Positions 1 through 7,198 of a stretch of 7,417 bases of DNA are shown in pieces. The notes under the pieces are model-generated. The model saw nothing but the letters and a program-made list of their open reading frames with translations, was not told the DNA's origin and made no database searches. How positions within the stretch are numbered: the first letter of the stretch is position 1; the number at the start of each line of letters is the position of its first letter. The stretch spans positions 5,058 to 12,474 of the forward strand of contig JBJCIZ010001199.1 of NCBI GenBank assembly GCA_051294375.1, read 5' to 3'. Source of the DNA: Paraspadella gotoi (taxonomy: Eukaryota; Animalia; Chaetognatha). The position numbers and the translations under genes were made by a program.

Positions 1-338
1 TCATGCCCAGCAATTAATCCTCCAATTTTTATTACGAGCAGTTAACTTTATACGAAATTTAAAAACAGTTAAAGAGAGAGGTTGAAAGAAGCTAAAGACT
101 TAGCGCGGGCTTGTATTTGTTTTCATTGTTGTTTTTAAGAAGGCCATAAGAAACACTAAGCAATCTAAACCAGGTTTCTTGAGTGCAAGAAAGGGGGAGA
201 GAAACAGTTAGTCCGGTCTCGAATGCACGCACACACATTCCCGCACACTTACATGCACCCAAGACATCGTTCCGGACAAGACGAAGACGGAGGCAAAGCC
301 AAAGACGGTCCGGCAAAAGAAGTCAAGCTCGAAATCAA

Positions 339-410
339 CGTCAAACAGAGCAAAGCGTCATAAAGCAGAGCAAAGCGTCATCGAGCAGAGCAACACGTCA
401 AGCAGAGCGA
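339..410 (+). repeat. 20-bp tandem repeat with core CAGAGCAAAGCGTCA, about 3.5 copies
   Basis: Cores at 346-360 and 366-380 are identical; 386-400 has 2 mismatches; a partial CAGAGC is at 403-408. Confidence 0.9.
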
Positions 411-519
411 CAATCGTAGCGTCAGTCCTAAAGGTGGCGTCAACCCAAAGATGCACAGATCCTTGTCAAAGGATCTGCTCAAAGATGTTCGTCAAGAAGT
501 CCAGAAGAGATGTTGCAGG

Positions 520-579
520 GCGTCGTCATGGAGGCGATGCCGGAGATCGTCCAGAGCGTCGTCATGGAGGCGACGCCGG
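520..579 (+). repeat. 24-bp direct repeat GCGTCGTCATGGAGGCGAYGCCGG with 36-bp period
   Basis: Copies at 520-543 and 556-579 differ by one C/T. Confidence 0.9.
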
Positions 580-1984
580 GGTCCGAAAGTGGAGAATGGA
601 CAACGTCAACGGGGGGAGCTCGTTGCCATGGAGAAACTAATGACACCCCATAAGAATAAATAAAAATTTAATTTTTTTTAATGATTCTGAAAGAAAAAAG
701 GCCAAATTGTATTCTAGTAAAACTTTAAAGTTTTTTGGATAAAGAAAATGTGAATTTTTTGTCACTTAAATATTTGCTTGTCTGATTTTACAAGCATGCT
801 TACAAAATTCTACAAAATATTATTTACCCCATCACAGCCTAAGTATTTATCCTTCTTTTCCACCAGCAAAAAGAGAACAGGGATGTTTACTGAAAGGAGC
901 CGAAAGCCATTCAACTTCTTCACTTTGATATTATTTTTCAATAATAAAATAAGTAAATTTTTTAATTATTTAACAGGCTTCATAAGATATTACACTTTCA
1001 TTATATTCCAATGTTAATGTAATTTATTATATTTTTTACCAAGAAATCATAAAATAACAGAAAGTTGTGGATTCCCTTCGCTCGATTTAAGAAAAAAAAA
1101 TTAACTAGCGGAATTATAAGTTTGTAAGAGGAAGTCAGAATCGGCGAAAATCTTAAAAGGCGAGAATGTTGAAAAAAAGGGGTGGAATTTTGATGGGTTT
1201 CCTAAGATTTCTCCACAATGTGAGGTCCGATTAAAGCGAAACTTGAGATTTACAATATTCCCGTCATTCCACATCTATCGATATAAAAATATAAGAAAAA
1301 AGTCACTGGCTTCTTTTTCTATAGCGGCTTCCTAGTCAATGTCAAAATTTTCATCTTAAGCTTTTGTGAGACCAAGCTTGCACAATTTATAAAAGAACTT
1401 CATCTCTGTTCATCTTCATAATTCAAATTCATCTTAATACTAACAAATTGAAAAATCTTTCTTTTTCTTCCTTTTCCTTTTTTTTTTTCACTAACTTGAA
1501 GCCCAGCATAGCATATCCTTTAATCTCGTGGTTGCTCCTCTGCATCCTTTAATCTGAGTTTTATGAGGTAATTAAATGGGATCCAAAACGCGTTTTGCTA
1601 TTGAACCATAATCAGTATAACTTTTTCCTGTCTCTGTCCTCATAACATGTTGTATTTAATTTTATCAACTTATATTGAAAAATACCAAGCAATGGGGAGG
1701 CCTCCAGACGCTTTCACATGTACGACCTTGATGACTTGACACATTGCAGTGATTCAATGTCAGACAGAGTATCCAGGCAAAACTTTGCAGTTTGACAGCT
1801 TATAGTCCAGGCTCACAGCAGACTGAGAAATGAATCGTCAGATTCAGATTCAATCGGGAGCCCAATAAAAAAAAAAAAACTCCAATGATGAAAAAGTGAT
1901 TTTTCAACGTCTCCTTTATCACAGGTAGTAAGCTGGTGACTGGTTATCTTCAGTCCCCGACAGGCTTCTTTCAGCAGCTAACTT

Positions 1985-3145
1985 TCACAACTTTTTTTCC
2001 GCAACTTTTCCTGCAGCTTCTCTCGCAACTTTTTCCGCAATTTTTCCAGCAGCTTCTTTCGCAACTTTTTCCGTAACTTTTTCCGCGATATTTTCTGCGA
2101 CTTCTTCTGCGACTTTTTCGCCAAATTCTTCAGCCACTTCTTCCTCAGCTTTGTCCTGAGAAACTTTTTCTATATCAAATTCTTCTTCAGCAACTTCTTC
2201 CTCAGCTTTGTCGTCAGCAACTTTTCCTTCAGCAACTTTTTCTTCCGGATCTAATTTCTGCTCTGACAGCCTGGGCATAAGCGATAATCCAGATCTGTGA
2301 ATAGGATGCGGCGGCGCATACAACGGCACTGGGACTAGTGGTGCAATGGACTGCGGCAGTACCTCCAACGGCATTACGGCAAAAAATTCTCGCATTTTTC
2401 TTCCCATTTCTTGAAATCGTTGAAAAAATCTTTGGCCGGGCACTTCTCCCTCGTTCTCTTTTTCCTGCTCACTTACTGCAGTGACGATCGTTTTTGGTGC
2501 CATTATTGGCAATGGCTCCGCGTCTACTAGCACGCCGTATCCAACCTCTCCGTCTCGGCATTCCTCTTGATGGCGCTCCTCGATTCGGCGATCCTTGAAG
2601 CGGCGCTCCTCTTGGCGGCGCTCTTCTTGTAGGCGCTCCTCCCGGCGGCGCTCCTCTCGGCGACTCTCCTCCCGGCGGCGCTTCTCATGCCAGAACTTTT
2701 CAATGCGGCGCTCCTCTCGGCGGCGCTCCTCACGTCGGCGTTCTTCTCGGCGGCACTCCTCCCGGCGGCGCTCCTGAAGGCGGCGCTCTTCGTGTCGCCA
2801 CTCCTCAATGCGGCGCTCCTCTCGGCGACGTTCTTCTCGGCGGCGCTCCTCCCGGCAGCGATCCTCTCGCCTGCGCTCTTCACTTTGGCGCTCATGTCGG
2901 CACTTCTCAGAGTGGCGCTCCTGGCGGCGCTGCTCCAACCAGCACTCCAAACCCTCCTCGTGGCAGCGCTCCTCTTGGTGGCGTTCCTCATGGTGACGCC
3001 CCTTGTGGCGGCGTTCCTCAAGGCGGCACTCATCTAAACGCGGGCTGGGGCTGCTGTGCATAATTGGCAGGTGGGGACTTGTCTTTGGGGTTTCGGGAAA
3101 AAACAGGCTATCCGCAGCGGCGTGTAAGCTCAATCTCAGCCTCAA
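1985..3145 (-). CDS. Hypothetical low-complexity charged protein: EERRR repeat region (putative single alpha-helix/coiled coil), Pro-rich linker and acidic EKVA repeats. First in-frame ATG is at 3061; may be one exon of a larger gene.
   Basis: Longest ORF (386 aa from TTG 3145; ATG 3061-3059 gives MHSSPSPRL...). Both internal arrays have periods divisible by 3 (15 and 12 nt). Unit-to-unit variation is often synonymous in this frame (GAG/GAA; CGC/CGT/CGA/CGG). The non-repetitive linker (about 2250-2550) is also open in this frame. No homolog recognised. Confidence 0.6.
   Translation of the reverse strand: MRLRLSLHAAADSLFFPETPKTSPHLPIMHSSPSPRLDECRLEERRHKGRHHEERHQEERCHEEGLECWLEQRRQERHSEKCRHERQSEERRREDRCREERRREERRREERRIEEWRHEERRLQERRREECRREERRREERRREERRIEKFWHEKRRREESRREERRREERLQEERRQEERRFKDRRIEERHQEECRDGEVGYGVLVDAEPLPIMAPKTIVTAVSEQEKENEGEVPGQRFFQRFQEMGRKMREFFAVMPLEVLPQSIAPLVPVPLYAPPHPIHRSGLSLMPRLSEQKLDPEEKVAEGKVADDKAEEEVAEEEFDIEKVSQDKAEEEVAEEFGEKVAEEVAENIAEKVTEKVAKEAAGKIAEKVAREAAGKVAEKKL
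1988..2244 (-). repeat. Degenerate 12-bp coding repeat (GAA AAA GTT GCG, EKVA) with 57-bp and 36-bp higher-order duplications
   Basis: + strand GCAACTTTTTCC-like units. CAGCMACTTCTTCCTCAGCTTTGTC occurs at 2131 and 2188 (DKAEEEVAEE x2), and EKVA(K/R)EAAGK occurs twice. Confidence 0.9.
2555..3031 (-). repeat. GC-rich 15-bp coding minisatellite, consensus GAG GAG CGC CGC CGR (EERRR), about 30 degenerate units
   Basis: On the + strand CGGCGGCGCTCCTC(T/C) recurs about every 15 nt. A higher-order duplication gives 'REERRREERRREERRIE' twice. Confidence 0.95.
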
Positions 3146-3416
3146 TCTCCGACGCGGTACTCGACGCGGGCAAAATAATAACAGGACAATTCCCTAACAT
3201 GCGCGGTACGGAACTCGGATAATCATCATTAATTAAACTACGCACGCAGTCGGTCTCGAATGATAATGTAAAACAGTGAAATGTGACAAAAGGTGTCCAC
3301 TGTCCAGATCTTAAGCTCGACCTTCGCTTAGTGGTAAGATCCCACAAAAATATCCAAGTTAAGTTTACTTTGTTAAGAAACGCCCAAACCATACGTTCAT
3401 TTGCGTTTCGCGAATT

Positions 3417-3740
3417 TTAAAAATATCCTTTTTTTATCGTGAAGGTCTCGCTCTCGCCATCGCCGTTAGGCATAGGCCTTTCCATACTTTTTCTGTCGGC
3501 TTCGACGAACTGGACAGCTTTGACCGGAACTGTGTCTTCGACGTCCACACGTCCGTGTTCCTCGTCCTCGGGTTCAACGGCGACGTCGACGGAGAATATT
3601 AGCCACCAGTTTCGAAAAACCGGCCCGTTTATTAAAAACCGCGAAAAAATTGAAACTTCGCGTGAGCCCGAGAGGCTATTAGCGTCGTCCGATCCGAGCT
3701 CGCCCCGCTGGCTATCAGCTAGGTTATAGTTAAATTTCAA
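3417..3740 (-). other. GC-richer ORF with acidic, coding-like segments; possible upstream exon(s) or pseudo-exon(s) of the charged-repeat gene
   Basis: 107 codons open from a TTG. 'LADSQRGELGSDDANSLSGSRE' and 'DVAVEPEDEEHGRVDVEDTVPV...' look protein-like and are separated by a T-rich segment starting GTTTCA and containing GCTAAT. No upstream in-frame ATG. Confidence 0.3.
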
Positions 3741-3850
3741 TCGGATTCAATGGGCCAAAGTCCCTCTTCATCCAGCCAGCTCTAAGTAGTGGTTTAATTT
3801 TCCCCCCTTTTGCTCGCTTAATAGTTTGAATTTCAAAAAAAAAAAATAGT

Positions 3851-4720
3851 TTGAATATGAAATATATCGAATTTTCCACTACAAAAGCCTATCAAAAAAT
3901 CTTAAAAGCAATAGAGATCGAGCCGCTTTCGATCCGCCCAGCAGCAGATCTTCACTCTGAAAAATCCATTCAAGTCACCTCCATGAAGTCAATTGCCCAA
4001 ACCCCCAAAAGCATTTCCAGAATTCTGCAGGAAACTCAGCCCCAGGAGACTTACCAGAGGCCATGTCCCTCTAAAACGCTGGTTCTAGACTTCTTCCTTT
4101 TTCAATCCATTCTTCACACCCTATCTTTGCTGGTTCAGTCAGTCTCCCTATCCACTCTACTTAAAAAATCCATTTTGAATATGTATCCATCAGATATCCC
4201 CCTTTACTAACACATTCCTATATAATGTTCATCGAGCAACAGAAGAACGCCCTCTGAACCCTTTCCTAAGCTGACTGTTTATCTTTTAATGCATAAAATT
4301 AAACTTACATTAAATCTCATTTTCTCAAACCCTACTAACATACAACTAAACTTGGTTCTCTCGTCTCAAAATGAGGTGCTCTAGACCTTATCCTTGCCCC
4401 CAGCCTTCCTCTCTTCCTTCCTCTACTACGCTTTCTTTAACATAAGTCAAATGATCTTCATTAAAAATAGATGCCCTTACACATTTCGAAGTTTCACGTT
4501 TCCTATACTTGTCTTTCTCTTTTTCTAAACCTTAATAATCCTACACGTTCTCTCAAATCGTCTTTCTCCTTGCATACAGTCTATAGTAAACACTGCGCAA
4601 GAACAAGATTTTTCCACAGTCACGCAGACATTCCCCTATATTCTCAACACGCTGCACCCTTAAGCTTGTCTAAATCTTCGCCATGTCTCCCTAACAGTTG
4701 AATATATTCAACATCAAGGT
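3851..4720 (+). mobile_element. Degenerate, truncated non-LTR retrotransposon (LINE) ORF2 fragment: linker region plus N-terminal part of reverse transcriptase
   Basis: Motifs appear in the expected order across shifting frames: PFT (4200-4208); D-C-L-S-F-N-A (4273-4293, cf. PGPDG-x-S/P-x-x-x-YK); FFNISQMIFIKN (4433-4468, cf. W..S.I.LIPK); R-PI-TCLSLF (4497-4524, cf. RPIS/T-LL); LHVLSNRLSPCIQSIVNTAQ (4541-4600) then RFF (4606-4614, cf. L.NRL...I...I...Q.GF). The sense strand is C/A-rich and G-poor. Recognition is by eye and the boundaries are approximate. Confidence 0.7.
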
Positions 4721-4811
4721 AAGAAAGAAGACATTAAATTTCCAAATCCACCAACCTATTGTTAATTTTTTCTTTAAATTCAACTTTAACATTTTGATGT
4801 CCATAATTTAG
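4719..4811 (+). other. Candidate 93-nt GT-AG spliceosomal intron
   Basis: AAG|GTAAGA donor, AT-rich body, TTTAAC branch-like motif and TTTAG acceptor. Removal joins EYIQHQ to AQGQAWKADVVATYHLLSSYQHKLFYIKDY* in frame. Confidence 0.3.
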
Positions 4812-5373
4812 CCCAAGGACAAGCCTGGAAGGCTGATGTTGTAGCCACTTACCACCTGCTATCGTCATATCAGCATAAACTGTTTTATATAAAAGACTAC
4901 TGACGCTTTTATAGGTTTTGGCTGTGACTTACGGTTTTTAAAATAAAAATTATTATGAACTTATGTAAAGTTTTTACCAAAAGTGTGCGATCATAGTGAA
5001 GGTTAACAAATTTAGATATGGCTTTCTAGCATGCTTTGAATATAGCTTTGATATTGTTCGTGTCTTATTACATTTGGATTAAGTATTTTTTGTTTGAATT
5101 TCACGACTTCATTATTGATTACTGCAATATGCAAATGAGATTATAGTACTCAATATAATAATCCAAATTAGTATATAGGAAATGCTTTAATCTAATTTAC
5201 ATATGGTATGAATGGAATCAATAGAGATTTTAATCAGAGCTATATTAATTTTTAATTAAAATAAAATCTTAAAGTGCATTGGAAAAAAATGGGGAACAAT
5301 CAAAGTGAAACTTTATTGGTTCTTTTATTTTTTTAATTATGATTAAGAGCCTAGCTATCTTGAATTGTTATAC

Positions 5374-7170
5374 AAAAAAACGATTCAGATCTCTTTCGCT
5401 GTCTCTGATGTGCGAATTGGTCTCACGAGGAATTTCATTGGTATCGTCGATTTTTGATAACATTTTTTGGCTTATCTTGTTATTACTTTCTATAATTATA
5501 AATTTAGCTATTTAGTCAGCGTATTTGTGAAATCTGTGATCGTAATACTGTGTATGAAAAAAAAAAAAACTGCCTTGTTTCTGAATCGTTTAAAAAAACG
5601 AGTTCAGCTCTGCTCGCTCTCTCTTTCCGTCGTCCTCGTTTCCTCTTCTCTTCGTCTCGTTGGTTCTACTCTTTTTTTTTAAAAAAAAATTGATTCCTAT
5701 TTTTTTGACCCTTTCTAAAATCTATATTTGGATTGAGTCCCTTTTCCTTGCGTTAAAAAACGTTATTACTCTGCTCATCTTCATCTCGCCGCTCGCTTCT
5801 CTCTCTCTCAAATCTCTCCTTTTTTTTTTACAAAAAAAATTATTCCTTTTAACAGGTTTTAAATTTTATATCTTTCTCGACTCATTTGGCATTTTCGCTC
5901 TGTTCAAAAACAGATTATTTTGGTTTGTTGGAAAATGTGAAGGAATAACTTACTTGACCTGGATTTCGTGGCCGTTGCGGGGGCACACGAGTAAACAAAT
6001 GTCCGAGGACATGAACCTAATAACGCGTTTTGATGTCAAACGGAAAACGGTTACGTGTATAAAAAAATTCAAAATTGACCGAGATCACCGCTGCGATATA
6101 AACAAGAGTGACCTAATATTGCGTATCGTGGCGGAAAACTTTCTTCTCTCTCTCCTCCATCGTCGCTCTTTCTCTCTCTCCTCTCTCTCTTCTTTTTTTT
6201 TCTTCACCAGTAAACGAGTAAAACGCAGTTCCGGCTCTCTCTCTCTTCTCTCTATCTGTCTCTCTCTGCTCTCTCTCTCCTCCTCTCTCTCGTTCTTTTG
6301 TACAAAAAATAATTTTTGTCACTTTTTGTTTCACCACGTCACTTGCGCGATGAGTAAACGATTAACGAAGTTCGGCCTCTCTCTTCTATTTTAGAAAAAA
6401 GGAAAAATAACTTATAATGCAGGCAATGTCACATATACACTCATACATATACCTGCTATATGTCCGGCAATTGCGCGGGTTAATTAATTGCAATATTATA
6501 ATTTTCTAAAAAAAAAAATTTTTGTTTTTGTTTATTACTTAGTAACTTTGGGACCGGTCGGCGCCACACTATTGGCAATTATATTCCTAAAATAGGAGTT
6601 GAGAAGAGAGATATAGGTCAATTAAACATTACTTTTTTTGTTATTCTAATAATTTGTAAATTTAAAATTTGTAAATTTTTTAGTGTATATATTAATAATT
6701 TTTATCCTTTTTTACAACGTCATAATAATATTGGAGTTGGGAATAAATATTTATAATTAGTTAATATGCAAACTTATGAAATTTGACCTCGGTCTGGTTT
6801 CTCTTCTTAAAAAAAAAGAACATCTCAAAATTTCATTCAAAGATTAAAACTTTTTTAAGATGAGGAAGCATAAAATTTTTTTTGATAAAAAAATATTAGA
6901 AAGGAAAAGAGTACAGCTCGAAAAACGAGTGTCAGCTCTGCAGGGCGGTCCAGCTTCTCTCTATCTTTCTCTCTCTCTTTCCTCTCTCTCTCGTCCGTCT
7001 GCTCTCTCCTCTTTATTCGCGCGCTTTTTCTCAAAAAAAAATCCCAAATTTCATCGAGATTTCTCGTGGATTTTTTTCTAAAATTCTGATTATCTTTATA
7101 TACACGAGAGTGAAAACTGACCAGCCCTCTCTCTCTTTCTCTCTCTCTTCTCTCTTTCTCTCTCTCTTTC
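5374..7170 (+). repeat. Cluster of co-oriented imperfect (CT)n/polypyrimidine tracts embedded in a degenerate repeated module
   Basis: Tracts at about 5610-5680, 5770-5830, 6140-6205, 6235-6300, 6376-6392, 6954-7032 and 7125-7170 all have pyrimidines on the + strand. Confidence 0.85.
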
Positions 7171-7198
7171 ATTCATACACGCAATTTGTTTTATTCCG

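Noticed and set aside
92-663. Short overlapping ORFs (92-316, 183-419, 434-640, 451-663)
   Set aside because: Short, mutually overlapping and repeat-derived; the 20-bp period is not codon-compatible and no domain is recognisable.
719-734. 16-bp palindrome AAAACTTTAAAGTTTT
   Set aside because: Low-complexity A/T runs make it likely by chance in this composition.
778-1017. 79-aa ORF, with a faint thought of a Sel1-like fragment
   Set aside because: AT-rich F/K/I/N-biased translation with no motif recoverable in any frame.
2527-3197. Protamine-like RRSS, AALL and SAA ORFs as separate genes
   Set aside because: They are alternative-frame shadows of the 15-bp array, confined to the repeat. Synonymous variation fits the EERRR frame.
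3439-3729. 96-aa plus-strand ORF with a signal-peptide-like start
   Set aside because: GTG start and a Ser/Thr-rich sequence typical of the antisense of an acidic reading frame; the minus frame looks more coding-like.
4205-4339. Two TACTAAC branch-point motifs (4205, 4333)
   Set aside because: They fall inside the C/A-rich LINE remnant without well-placed donor/acceptor pairs.
5660-6394. 244-aa plus-strand ORF
   Set aside because: TTG start, and the F/L/S/K-rich translation derives from poly-T, poly-A and (CT)n tracts that lack stops. No recognisable domain.
6113-7172. Minus-strand ER-rich ORFs (6113-6337, 6855-7172) and plus-strand ORF 6860-7081
   Set aside because: These are translations of (GA)n/(CT)n microsatellites. 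Their similarity to the EERRR protein is compositional only, since they use AGA/GAG rather than CGN codons.
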